NCBI GenBank assembly: GCA_049972045.1
Contig: JBMFKS010000002.1
Location: 11,511 to 75,510 of the forward strand
DNA: 64,000 nt
Reading direction: 5' to 3'
Origin: Anaerolineae bacterium
GTDB taxonomy: Bacteria; Chloroflexota; Anaerolineae; B4-G1; DUEL01
Shown here: one piece after another, positions 1-8,787 of the stretch
Layout of the letters: each line of letters opens with the position of its first letter
Numbering within the stretch: position 1 is the first letter of the stretch
Translations under genes and position numbers: made by a program
Notes under the pieces: model-generated
Told to the model about the DNA's origin: nothing
Seen by the model: only the letters and a program-made list of their open reading frames with translations
Databases searched by the model: none

Positions 1-653
1 CCATCCGCCGCCTGCGAATGGGGGACCTGGACATCAACCCCTTCCTGGTCCGTCTGCTTTCCAAAGAGTTGGGGTTGAACGATGCCCGCTCCATCGTGCG
101 CTGGCTGGTGAACCAGCGGCTGGAGCGGGGCGCGGTGACCTCTTTCGGCCTCGCGCTTCAGAACGTAGCCAAGGTGTTCTCCGAGGGGACGGGGGTAGAG
201 GGGGCAGATATTCTGAAGACCCGCGGAGGGCGACACTACTATATCCAGGTAAAGAGCGGCCCTAATCCTATCCCCAAAGAGCAGGCAAAGCGGATCGCCG
301 AGTTGCTTCGCTCTGCCCAGCGGCGAAATCGGGGCTCTGTGGCCCTCTTCGGGATGTGCTACGGGAGCCGGGACCAGGTCTCCAGTATCGTCCGGAAGTA
401 CGTGGCAGAAGAAGGCGGCGTGGACTGGCTCGCCGGGCGGGAGTTCTGGGAGTTTATCTCCGGAGACCCGGACTGCGTGGATGAGATTGACGCCATCGCC
501 GCCGAAGTGGGAGAGACCTTCCGCGATGCTCAGGGCCAAACGCTGGCGGAGATTCTGGAAGCCAAACTGGACGAACTGGAGCAGGAGTTTCAGACCCTCT
601 ACGGAGCCAGCGGAGAATGGATGTGGCGTAACCTTCTGAAGCGGAATACATAG
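1..653 (+). CDS. 3' fragment of an upstream gene running off the window edge; putative nuclease-like partner of the adjacent methyltransferase
   Basis: The reading frame is open from position 3 through the TAG at 651-653, so the gene is 5'-truncated by the window. The stop is 12 nt before the methylase start, i.e. an operon arrangement. 'GADILKTRGGRHYYIQVKSG' resembles a PD-(D/E)xK core (D...Q-V-K); this is inference only. Confidence 0.5.
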   Translation, partial: IRRLRMGDLDINPFLVRLLSKELGLNDARSIVRWLVNQRLERGAVTSFGLALQNVAKVFSEGTGVEGADILKTRGGRHYYIQVKSGPNPIPKEQAKRIAELLRSAQRRNRGSVALFGMCYGSRDQVSSIVRKYVAEEGGVDWLAGREFWEFISGDPDCVDEIDAIAAEVGETFRDAQGQTLAEILEAKLDELEQEFQTLYGASGEWMWRNLLKRNT

Positions 654-664
654 TAAGGAACACG

Positions 665-2806
665 ATGCGGTACATAGAGCGCGATTTTCCCGTTGAGCGG
701 CTGAACCCCGTCGCGTTAGCAGAGGGAAATTCCAAGAAGCCCATCTACCAGATGCACAAATGGTGGGCGCGGCGGCTGGGAAGCGTCTTCCGCATGATGA
801 CGCTGGCGGCCTTCGTCCCGGCGGATGTGCCGGAAGACTCCCTCTGGTCCTGGTTTGCGGCGGGCGGGGCCGACCTGGAGGGCAAAATCGTCCTGGACCC
901 CTTTATGGGCGGCGGTACAACCGTTGTGGAAGCCCTCCGGCTGGGCTGCCGCGTCGTCGGCGTGGACATCAACCCCGTCGCCTGGTTTGTGACCAAAAAG
1001 GAGATAGAGCCGGTATCGCTGGAAGACTTGGACCGAGCCTTCCGCTTTCTGGAAGAGACCGCCGGGCAGAAAATCCGCCAGTACTACCGGACGACCTGCC
1101 CCGCCGGACATGAGGCCGATGGGATGTACTACTTCTGGGTCAAGGTGGCGGAGTGTGAGGAGTGCGGCGCGACGGTCCGACTGTGGCCGAATACCGAACT
1201 CTCCCTCCGGGACCACCATCATGTCGTCGTCTGCCCCGAGTGTCTCCAGGTGGTGGAGACGGCCGGGTATGACCCCCACACAGTCTGCCCGGACTGCGGG
1301 GCCGTTTTTGACCCCCGCCGGGGCAATTCGGGCCGGGGCCTCTTCCAGTGTCCGGTCTGCGGCAAGCGGCAACGGCTGATGAATGCTGCCGCGCTCCGGG
1401 ACAAGCCGCTACCGGCCGAACTCCACGCGCTGGAGGGGTACTGCCGGTCCTGCGGTCGTTTCTTCAAGCGGGTGGACGAAGCCGACCTGGCTCTGTGGGA
1501 GCAGGCGCGCGCGGAGTTTGAACGCCGCCAGGAATCCCTGCTCTTCCCCCGTCAGGCCATCCCCACCGAAGGTCGCAGCGACCCCCGTCCGGTCAATCAC
1601 GGCTACACCCACTTCTGGCACATGTTCAACGAGCGCCAGTTGCTCTGCCTTTCCACCTTGCTGGAGGCAATTCTGGAGATTCCCGACCACAACGTCCGGG
1701 AACTGATGCTTCTGGCCTTCTCGGATGCGCTGGATGCCAACAATATGTTCTGCAAGTACGAGACGGCCTGGCACAAGATCTCGGTCTTCTTCGGACTTCA
1801 TGCCTACCACCCCATTGAGCGCCCGACGGAAAACAACGTCTGGGGGACGGCGTTCGGGCGCGGGACCTTCGTGAAGTGCTTTGAGAAAGTCCGGCGGGGA
1901 AAGGCTTACGGCCAGCGCCCCTATGAGCGGATTGACGGCACTCGGTATTATGCCCGGGGGGAGCGGGCGGAAGGTATCCTGGTAGAGGACTTCGCCACGC
2001 TGCAACAGGCGTCCCGGGGCGCCCTGTTGCGCTGTCAGTCCTCCGAAGACCTTTCCTTTATCCCCGACCGGTCCGTGGATGCCGTCATTACAGACCCGCC
2101 GTACTTTGACAATGTCCAGTACTCTGAACTGGCCGATTTCTTCTACGTCTGGCTCCGGCTGGGGCTGAAGGGGGATTACCCCTGGTTTGAGCCGCCCTAC
2201 TCGGAGCGGCCGGAGGAGATTGTACAGAATGAGCGGCGAGGCAAGTCGGCCGATTTCTTCGTGGAGCGGCTGGGACAGGTCTTCGCCGAGTGCCATCGGG
2301 TGCTGAAGGACGATGGCCTGCTGGCCTTCACTTTTCACCACAACCAGGCCTGGGCCTGGGAGGGGGTGGCCCGTCTCCTCCTGCGGGCAGGCTTTTACGT
2401 CTCCGCGGCGCCGATTGTGCGCTCCGAAGGCCGCAGTGGCTTCCACTCCAGCGCCGGGAACATCCGATACGACTGCATCCTGGTCTGCCGGAAAATCCAG
2501 AGCGCACGTCGTCCATCGCAGGACAGGGATGGGTCCACCTTGAAAACCCGCATCCTGGACGATGCCTGCTACTGGATGGAGCGGACCCGAAATTCCGGCC
2601 TTCCGGTCAATCCGGTGGACGTTTTCACCGTTGTCATGGGCAAGACGGTGGAATTCTTCACCCGCGCTGTTGCGGAGGGAATGGTGAACGGTGGGGAGGG
2701 GTTTCTGACAGAATTGATGGAAGAAATGGCAGAAGAAGCACAGGCAATGGGAAAGGCGCTGGCCGAAACCGCCCTTCCCAGAGCCCGCCAACTAGCCCTG
2801 CTCTAA
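665..2806 (+). CDS. N6-adenine/N4-cytosine-type DNA methyltransferase with internal Zn-ribbons (DUF1156 / COG1743 family)
   Basis: The N-terminal 'HKWWARRL' motif is the DUF1156 hallmark as I recall it. AdoMet motif I is 'VLDPFMGGGTT' at ~nt 891-920. Catalytic motif IV is 'TDPPYFDNVQY' at ~nt 2092-2112. The I...IV order gives alpha-class topology. Several CxxC pairs lie in between (CPECLQ..CPDCG, CPVCGKRQ, CRSCGRF). Confidence 0.85.
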   Translation: MRYIERDFPVERLNPVALAEGNSKKPIYQMHKWWARRLGSVFRMMTLAAFVPADVPEDSLWSWFAAGGADLEGKIVLDPFMGGGTTVVEALRLGCRVVGVDINPVAWFVTKKEIEPVSLEDLDRAFRFLEETAGQKIRQYYRTTCPAGHEADGMYYFWVKVAECEECGATVRLWPNTELSLRDHHHVVVCPECLQVVETAGYDPHTVCPDCGAVFDPRRGNSGRGLFQCPVCGKRQRLMNAAALRDKPLPAELHALEGYCRSCGRFFKRVDEADLALWEQARAEFERRQESLLFPRQAIPTEGRSDPRPVNHGYTHFWHMFNERQLLCLSTLLEAILEIPDHNVRELMLLAFSDALDANNMFCKYETAWHKISVFFGLHAYHPIERPTENNVWGTAFGRGTFVKCFEKVRRGKAYGQRPYERIDGTRYYARGERAEGILVEDFATLQQASRGALLRCQSSEDLSFIPDRSVDAVITDPPYFDNVQYSELADFFYVWLRLGLKGDYPWFEPPYSERPEEIVQNERRGKSADFFVERLGQVFAECHRVLKDDGLLAFTFHHNQAWAWEGVARLLLRAGFYVSAAPIVRSEGRSGFHSSAGNIRYDCILVCRKIQSARRPSQDRDGSTLKTRILDDACYWMERTRNSGLPVNPVDVFTVVMGKTVEFFTRAVAEGMVNGGEGFLTELMEEMAEEAQAMGKALAETALPRARQLALL

Positions 2807-2869
2807 TCCACGCATCCCGTTTCACGGAATACACCATCCGGGACACGCCATCCCCGAGGAGGTTCAGCG

Positions 2870-5104
2870 ATGCCCGAACAGGTTGTCGGCAAATCGGTCC
2901 CCCGGGTAGACGCCCGGGATAAAGTCACCGGGAAAGCCCGCTATCCCGGCGATTTCTCCATGCCGGGGATGCTTTATGCCAAGATTCTCTTCGCCGGGCG
3001 GCCCCACGCCCGCATCCTGAGCGTAGACACATCCGAGGCCGAGAAGGTCCCCGGCGTTGTTGCCATCTTCACCGCCAGGGACGTGCCCGTCAACGAGTAC
3101 GGCCTTCAGACCCCCGACCAGCCCGTCCTCTGCGGGCCCGGCTCCGCCAAACCCGGCGCCGACGTCGTCCGCTGGCCGGGCGACCAGGTGGCCCTCATCG
3201 TCGCCGAGACGGAGGAGGCCGCCGCCCGCGCCCGGGACCTCATCCGGGTGGAATACGAGGACCTTCCCGTCATCACCGACCCCTTGGAGGCGATGAAGCC
3301 CGATGCCTATCCCATTCACCCGCCCCGCGCACCCAACCCTGCCCATCCGGAACTTCGGACGGAAGGAAACTGGATCAGCCACCACCAGATCCGTAAGGGG
3401 GACGTGGAGGCCGCCTGGGCCCAGTGCGACGTCATCGTGGAGGCCGAGTACCGGCTCCCCTCTCAGGAGCACGCCTACCTCCAGCCGGAGGCCGGTCTGG
3501 CCTACATAGACGAGGAAGGGAGAGTGACGGTCATCGTCGCCGGGCAGTGGACGTGGGAGGACCAGCAACAGATCGCCCACGCGCTGAACCTTCCCCCAGA
3601 CCAGATACGGGTCATCTATCCGGCCATCGGCGGCGCTTTCGGTGGGCGGGAGGACATGTCCGTCCAGATCGTCCTGGCCCTGGCAGCCTGGAAACTCCGC
3701 CGTCCGGTGAAGATTGTCTGGACCCGGGAGGAGTCCATCATCGGGCACGGCAAGCGGCATCCGGTCTGGGCCCGCTGCCGGTGGGGCGCGACGCGGGAGG
3801 GGAAACTGGTGGCCGCGGAGGTGCGCATCGTCGCCGACGGCGGCGCCTACTGCTACACCACCAACAAAGTCCTGGGGAACATGACGGTCACCTGCACCGG
3901 CCCCTATGAAATTCCCAACGTGAAGGTGGATGTGGACGGGTACTACACCAACAACCCGCCCAGCGCGGCTTTCCGGGGTTTCGGCTCGCCCCAGGGCATC
4001 TTCCTGGCGGAAATGCAGATGAACAAACTGGCCGAGGCGCTGGGGATGGACCCGGTGGAACTGCGGATGCGCAACCTGCTGCGGGAAGGGAGCCTGACCG
4101 CGATGGGCACCCCGCTTCCGGGCGGCGTCAGCCTGGCGGAGGTGGTGGAGCGGTGCGCCATAGCCGCCGGATGGACGAAGACGGAGGCCGGCTGGCGCAA
4201 ACCTGAACTCCCCCAGCCTGCCGGCCCGATCCGCCGGGGGATCGGTTTCGCCGCCGGCTTCAAGAACGTCGGCTTCTCCTTCGGCTACCAGGAGAACTGC
4301 TGGGCGAAGGTGGAACTGCGCGGGGGAGCGGAAATAGAGGAGGCCGTCGTCTACATCGGCAGCGCCGAAGTCGGCCAGGGGGCTCATACTGTCATCGTCC
4401 AAATGGCCGCGGAGGCGCTGGGGATTCCGGTGCAGCGGGTGCGTTTGATCCCCTCCGATACCGCCACCAGCCCCGGCAGTTCCGGCTCCGCCTCCGCCTC
4501 CCGGACGACCTTTATGGCCGGGAACGCCATCCGGGGCGCGGCGGCGGCCGCGCTGGAAAAGTGGCGCACGGAGGAGCGGCCCGCCGTCGCCGAATACACC
4601 TACCTGGCCCCGAAGACCACCCCCTTTGACCCCCAGACAGGCTCCGGCACCCCCAACTTCGCCTACGGCTACGTGGCTGAGGCGGTGGAGGTGGAGGTGG
4701 ACACCGAGACCGGACAGATCCGCATCCCCCGCGTCGTCTGCGCCGACGATATGGGGACGGCCATCAACCCTCAGTTGGTGGAGGGACAGATAGAGGGCGG
4801 AGTGGTGATGGGCCTGGGCTGGGCCACCGTGGAGAACTTCATCGTCCGGGAGGGCCGGGTCCTCACCGACCGGCTCAGCACCTACCTGATCCCCACCGCG
4901 CTGGACGTGCCCGGGCAGGTGGAGTCTATCCTGGTGGAGCGGCCCGACCCGCGCGGGCCCTGGGGCGCGCGGGGGCTGGGAGAGATGCCCCTCATTCCCG
5001 CCGCGCCGGCCCTGGTCGCTGCCGTGCGCGACGCCATCGGCATCTGGTTCCACGAATTCCCGCTGACCCCGGAGCGGGTCTGGCGGGGAATTCAGCGCAG
5101 GTAG
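2870..5104 (+). CDS. xanthine dehydrogenase/aldehyde oxidase/CO dehydrogenase-family molybdopterin-binding large subunit
   Basis: 744 aa. The N-terminus 'VGKSVPRVDARDKVTGKARYPGDF' is typical of CoxL/XdhA-like proteins. No FAD (medium) or 2Fe-2S (small) subunit genes are adjacent. Confidence 0.85.
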   Translation: MPEQVVGKSVPRVDARDKVTGKARYPGDFSMPGMLYAKILFAGRPHARILSVDTSEAEKVPGVVAIFTARDVPVNEYGLQTPDQPVLCGPGSAKPGADVVRWPGDQVALIVAETEEAAARARDLIRVEYEDLPVITDPLEAMKPDAYPIHPPRAPNPAHPELRTEGNWISHHQIRKGDVEAAWAQCDVIVEAEYRLPSQEHAYLQPEAGLAYIDEEGRVTVIVAGQWTWEDQQQIAHALNLPPDQIRVIYPAIGGAFGGREDMSVQIVLALAAWKLRRPVKIVWTREESIIGHGKRHPVWARCRWGATREGKLVAAEVRIVADGGAYCYTTNKVLGNMTVTCTGPYEIPNVKVDVDGYYTNNPPSAAFRGFGSPQGIFLAEMQMNKLAEALGMDPVELRMRNLLREGSLTAMGTPLPGGVSLAEVVERCAIAAGWTKTEAGWRKPELPQPAGPIRRGIGFAAGFKNVGFSFGYQENCWAKVELRGGAEIEEAVVYIGSAEVGQGAHTVIVQMAAEALGIPVQRVRLIPSDTATSPGSSGSASASRTTFMAGNAIRGAAAAALEKWRTEERPAVAEYTYLAPKTTPFDPQTGSGTPNFAYGYVAEAVEVEVDTETGQIRIPRVVCADDMGTAINPQLVEGQIEGGVVMGLGWATVENFIVREGRVLTDRLSTYLIPTALDVPGQVESILVERPDPRGPWGARGLGEMPLIPAAPALVAAVRDAIGIWFHEFPLTPERVWRGIQRR

Positions 5105-5210
5105 GGGCACCCCCTCGGGGCCGAGGGCTCGGGGCGGGGCCCCTACTCTTGCGGTTGCCTCGGGGCAGGGGCAAGCCCCGCCTTCCCGGGGGCGCTCATA
5201 GGGAGTAACG

Positions 5211-5525
5211 ATGGCCAAGAAACCGAAACGCCGCCATCCCCAGCCCCCGATCCAGCGGGGGCCAGGCCTGCAGGAGGTCCTCTCCCGGGCCCGGGCTTTG
5301 CAAGAAGAGGGGAAAGGGAAAACTGAGAGATCGGATCACCGTCCTGAAAACGCTGGCCGAAGTGGGCGAGATAGACCCGGATCAACCGGTGGAACTCTGG
5401 GACGAGGTCCGGCAGGAGGGGCGCATCAACCGCAAACCGTGATGGGCCGTCTCCGGTTATACGGCCTGCTCAGTTCCGTACTCGCCGCCGCAATGGAGGC
5501 ACAATCCCGGGATGATGCGGTTTGA
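5211..5525 (+). CDS. small hypothetical ORF upstream of trmD, possibly frameshifted (see findings)
   Basis: Good SD (GGGAG) 5 nt before the ATG at 5211. After ~37 codons the frame-0 product becomes R/G/P-rich low-complexity. The +1 frame from ~5311 gives a well-behaved peptide ([39 protein letters not shown]). Confidence 0.25.
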   Translation: MAKKPKRRHPQPPIQRGPGLQEVLSRARALQEEGKGKTERSDHRPENAGRSGRDRPGSTGGTLGRGPAGGAHQPQTVMGRLRLYGLLSSVLAAAMEAQSRDDAV

Positions 5526-6270
5526 CGTGCTGACCCTTTTCCCGGAGATGTTCACCGGCCCGCTGCAGGAGAGCATCATCAAGCGGGCGCAGGAGCGCGG
5601 GCTGATTTCCATTTACCTTCACAACATCCGGGACTACGCCACCGGCCGTCACCGCATCACCGACGATGCCCCCTACGGGGGTGGTGGGGGAATGGTGATG
5701 AAACCGGAACCCATTTTCGCCGCCGTGGAGGCGGTGTTGGGGGACGAGAAGGGGGTTCCCGTAATTCTCCTTTCCCCTCAGGGACGATTGTTCACCCACG
5801 CCGTGGCGAAAGAACTCTCCCGCCACCGCCGGCTGGTGCTGATCTGTGGGCGCTACGAGGGAGTGGACGAACGGGTGCGGGAACATCTGGCGACCGATGA
5901 GATTTCCATCGGGGATTACGTCCTCAGCGGTGGTGAACTGGCGGCGATGGTCATTATAGACGCTGTGACCCGCCTCCTGCCGGGAGTCCTGGGCGATCCC
6001 GGGGCAACGTTTGAGGACTCCTATGCCTGGGGGTTGCTGGAGTATCCCCATTACACTCGCCCGGCGGTCTTTCGGGGGTGGGCGGTGCCGGAGGTGCTCC
6101 TTTCGGGCAACCACGCGGCCATTGCCCGCTGGCGGCGGGAGCAGGCATTGCGGCGCACCCTGGAGCGCCGCCCCGACCTGCTGGAGCGGGCCGCTCTGAC
6201 GGAGGAGGACCGGGCCTTCCTGGCCCGTCTGGGCTGGCGCAAGACCGCAGAGGGCGACAAATCTCCATAG
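5512..6270 (+). CDS. trmD: tRNA (guanine37-N1)-methyltransferase
   Basis: '[14 protein letters not shown]...RDYA...[17 protein letters not shown]' is the canonical TrmD sequence. No rpsP/rimM is upstream. Confidence 0.95.
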   Translation: MMRFDVLTLFPEMFTGPLQESIIKRAQERGLISIYLHNIRDYATGRHRITDDAPYGGGGGMVMKPEPIFAAVEAVLGDEKGVPVILLSPQGRLFTHAVAKELSRHRRLVLICGRYEGVDERVREHLATDEISIGDYVLSGGELAAMVIIDAVTRLLPGVLGDPGATFEDSYAWGLLEYPHYTRPAVFRGWAVPEVLLSGNHAAIARWRREQALRRTLERRPDLLERAALTEEDRAFLARLGWRKTAEGDKSP

Positions 6271-6317
6271 TGGCGGCCGTCGTGGCGCCGCTGGCTGGAA
6301 TCAACCCGGATAAACAC

Positions 6318-6354
6318 AAACGCCCCGCCGCAGGTGTGGGGCGTTTGGGTTTTG
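6318..6354. terminator. bidirectional Rho-independent terminator between trmD (+) and tRNA-Met (-)
   Basis: aaacgcccc-(loop)-ggggcgttt followed by gggtttt on the plus strand. The complement has a T-run on the minus strand. Confidence 0.7.
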
Positions 6355-6370
6355 CAATCGGGCTCCCAGG

Positions 6371-6443
6371 TGGCGACGGAGGGATTCGAACCCCCAACCA
6401 AGGGCTTATGAGTCCCCTGCTCTACCTTTGAGCTACGTCGCCC
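6371..6443 (-). tRNA. tRNA-Met (anticodon CAT); elongator type with a 1G:72C pair (or tRNA-Ile2 if lysidinylated)
   Basis: The reverse complement folds as a cloverleaf. The acceptor is GGCGACG/CGTCGCC+A, the D-arm GCTC..GAGC, the anticodon loop CTCATAA, and the T-arm GGGGG-TTCGAAT-CCCTC. CCA is not encoded. Confidence 0.85.
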
Positions 6444-6450
6444 GTGCTAT

Positions 6451-6478
6451 ATTATAGCGAAAGAATTCCAGTTGTCAA
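6451..6478 (-). promoter_or_regulatory. sigma70-type promoter of tRNA-Met (TTGACA-N16-TATAAT on the minus strand)
   Basis: The minus strand reads ...cttgacaactggaattctttcgctataatatagcac-GGGCGACG(tRNA). Confidence 0.75.
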
Positions 6479-6691
6479 GCCCGCGTCTGAGGTTCGGACA
6501 TCCGTTGGGACACGGGTTCGGACTCGCTTTTTGCGTCGACCGGAAGGGGGCGAGATCTCGGCCCCGAGCCCCGAGGGGCCAGTAGGACAAGGCAGAGCCT
6601 TGTCCTTCCCCGCGAAAACGCCGGGCCTGGCTTGCCTATGTCGGCTTATCTCCCAAATAATTTTTTCAAAGTTCATTCCGTCCGGGCGATC

Positions 6692-7483
6692 TCACGGGTG
6701 TTCACCCAGAAACTCCAGCACCAGGCGATTGAACGCCACCGGCTGGTCGGTCGGCGTGGCATGGCCGGAGCAGGGAATGACGACCAGACGGGCACCGGGG
6801 ATGCCAGCCGCCAGTTCCTCCTTGGCCCGCAGAGGAACCACTGGATCCTCCCGGCCCGCCACGACCAGGGTGGGGGCCCGGATGCGCCCCAGGTCCCGGC
6901 GGCCATCGTAGCGGGCCGCTGCCATCATCGCCGCCCGATAAGCGGCAGGGTCATTAGCGCAGAGTCGGTGGTAGGCCACCTGCCGCAACCCTGCCTGGCC
7001 CGGTCGGGGGAAAAGTTCCTCCGCCTCCAGCCGGGCGTGGAGCGCCAGGTTCACCAGCAGGGCTCCAAAGCGGATCAGGGTCATCCGCCACTCTGCCCAT
7101 CCCTTCGGCCGCAGATAGGCGAAGGTATTGACCAGTACCAGGGAGCGGACCCTCTCCGGATGCCGAACTGCCAGTGCCTGCGCCACCGCGCCACCCAGGG
7201 AGAGTCCGACAATGTGGGCCGAATCCGTCCCCAAAGCCCTCAGGAATCCAGCGATGTCGTCGGCCATCTGGGGAACGGTGTAGGGGCCGGGAGGTTTGTC
7301 GCTCCGGCCGTGGCCGCGCAGGTCCGGCATCAGGACCCGGTACCGCTGGCCCAGGGCCGGCGCCTGCAGCAGGGACCAGTCCTCCGCGCAGGAGCCCAGA
7401 CCGTGGATCAACACCACCGCCGGCCCGTACCCCTGGGCCAGATAGTGCAGCCGCAGACCGTTCACCTGGATGTAGGGCATGCG
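6692..7483 (-). CDS. alpha/beta-fold hydrolase
   Basis: 'HIVGLSLGG' (GxSxG nucleophile elbow) and 'VVLIHGLG' are typical. The start is probably the internal Met 'MPYIQVNGLRLHY' (7483), not 7537. Confidence 0.8.
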   Translation of the reverse strand, partial: RMPYIQVNGLRLHYLAQGYGPAVVLIHGLGSCAEDWSLLQAPALGQRYRVLMPDLRGHGRSDKPPGPYTVPQMADDIAGFLRALGTDSAHIVGLSLGGAVAQALAVRHPERVRSLVLVNTFAYLRPKGWAEWRMTLIRFGALLVNLALHARLEAEELFPRPGQAGLRQVAYHRLCANDPAAYRAAMMAAARYDGRRDLGRIRAPTLVVAGREDPVVPLRAKEELAAGIPGARLVVIPCSGHATPTDQPVAFNRLVLEFLGEHP

Positions 7484-7533
7484 CGCCTCCGGAGCATCAA
7501 AAGGGCCGGGCACTTCCCGAGTGCCTGGCCCTT

Positions 7534-8760
7534 TCACGATTCCCGGGCCGGCACCAGCCGCAGGAAGCCCCGGTTCCCCACCCGCAGAACGGCCTCTTTC
7601 TCCGGCTCAATGACCGTCTCTATACTGGTCACCTTTACCCCGTCCAGCGCGACGCTCCCTTGCTGAATCAGCCGACGGGCGTCGCTCTTGGAACGGGTCA
7701 TCCCGGCGGCGTGGATGAGGTCCACGATGTTGACCGGCTCCCGCAGTTCCCAGACGGGCATATCCGGCGGGAGTTGTCGCTCCTGGAAGACCCGGCGGAA
7801 GTGCTCGGCGGCGGCGTCAGCAGCCTCGCGGCCGTGGAAGATGTCCACAATCTCCCATGCCAGCCGCTTCTTGGCCTCCATCGGGTGGATGGAGCCGTCG
7901 GCGAGGCTTGCCTTGAGGCGGGCAATCTCCTCCGGCGACCAGCGGGTCACCAGGTCAAAGTAGTTGGGCATCGCCTCGTCCGGGATGGACATCACCTTGC
8001 CGTACATCTCCTCTGGCGGCTCATCCACGCCGATGTAGTTGCCCATGCTCTTGGACATCCGCAATTGGCCGTCGGTGCCGACCAGGATGGGGTAGGTGAT
8101 GCAGACCTGAGGGGGCAGGCCGTAGGCCTCCTGAATTTTCCGCCCCACCAGCAGGTTGAAGAGTTGGTCGGTGCCGCCGATCTGGACATCGGCCCGGAGC
8201 ATCACCGCATCGTACCCCTGCGCCAGGGGGTAAAGCAGTTCGTGCAGCCAGATGGCGTCTCCCTCGGCGTACCGTTTGGCGAAGTTCTCCCGCGCCAGGA
8301 ACTGTTGAACCGTCACCTGGGCGGCCAGAAAGATCAACTCCTCGTAGGAAAGTTTGGAAAGCCATTCCCCGTTGTACCGGACCTCCGTCCGTTCCGGGTC
8401 CAGAATCTTGAAGGCCTGCTGGACGTAGGTGCGGGCGTTGGCCTGAACCTGTTCCCGGGTGGGGCGGGGGCGGGCCTTATCGCGGCCCGAGGGGTCACCG
8501 ATGAGCGCGGTGTAGTCCCCGATGACGAAGATGGCCTGATGGCCCAGTTCCTGAAAGAGCCGTAGTTTGCGCATAGTGACGGTATGGCCCAGGTGGAGGT
8601 CGGGGGCCGTTGGGTCGTATCCACAGTAGACCCGCAGGGGACGGCCCTCCTTCAAACGCTCCCGCAGTTCCTGAGTCATCCGTTCTTTGATCTGATCATC
8701 GCCAAATTCGGCCCCGTGCATCACCAGGGCAACCTGTTCGTCTATGGATAACGATTTCAT
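7534..8760 (-). CDS. tyrS: tyrosine--tRNA ligase
   Basis: 'HLGH' class-I motif (PDLHLGHTV), a 'KMSKS'-like motif (RMSKSMGN), and a C-terminal S4-like domain. The start is probably 'MKSLSIDEQ' at 8760 (the longest ORF runs to 8787). Confidence 0.92.
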   Translation of the reverse strand: MKSLSIDEQVALVMHGAEFGDDQIKERMTQELRERLKEGRPLRVYCGYDPTAPDLHLGHTVTMRKLRLFQELGHQAIFVIGDYTALIGDPSGRDKARPRPTREQVQANARTYVQQAFKILDPERTEVRYNGEWLSKLSYEELIFLAAQVTVQQFLARENFAKRYAEGDAIWLHELLYPLAQGYDAVMLRADVQIGGTDQLFNLLVGRKIQEAYGLPPQVCITYPILVGTDGQLRMSKSMGNYIGVDEPPEEMYGKVMSIPDEAMPNYFDLVTRWSPEEIARLKASLADGSIHPMEAKKRLAWEIVDIFHGREAADAAAEHFRRVFQERQLPPDMPVWELREPVNIVDLIHAAGMTRSKSDARRLIQQGSVALDGVKVTSIETVIEPEKEAVLRVGNRGFLRLVPARES

Positions 8761-8787
8761 GGCCGGCTCCTTTGGGAAAGGATACAA

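Noticed and set aside
6444-6911. Small ORFs between tRNA-Met and the hydrolase gene (6444-6911 +, 6452-6676 -).
   Set aside because: They overlap the tRNA promoter, a REP-like palindrome and the hydrolase 3' end. Composition is low-complexity.
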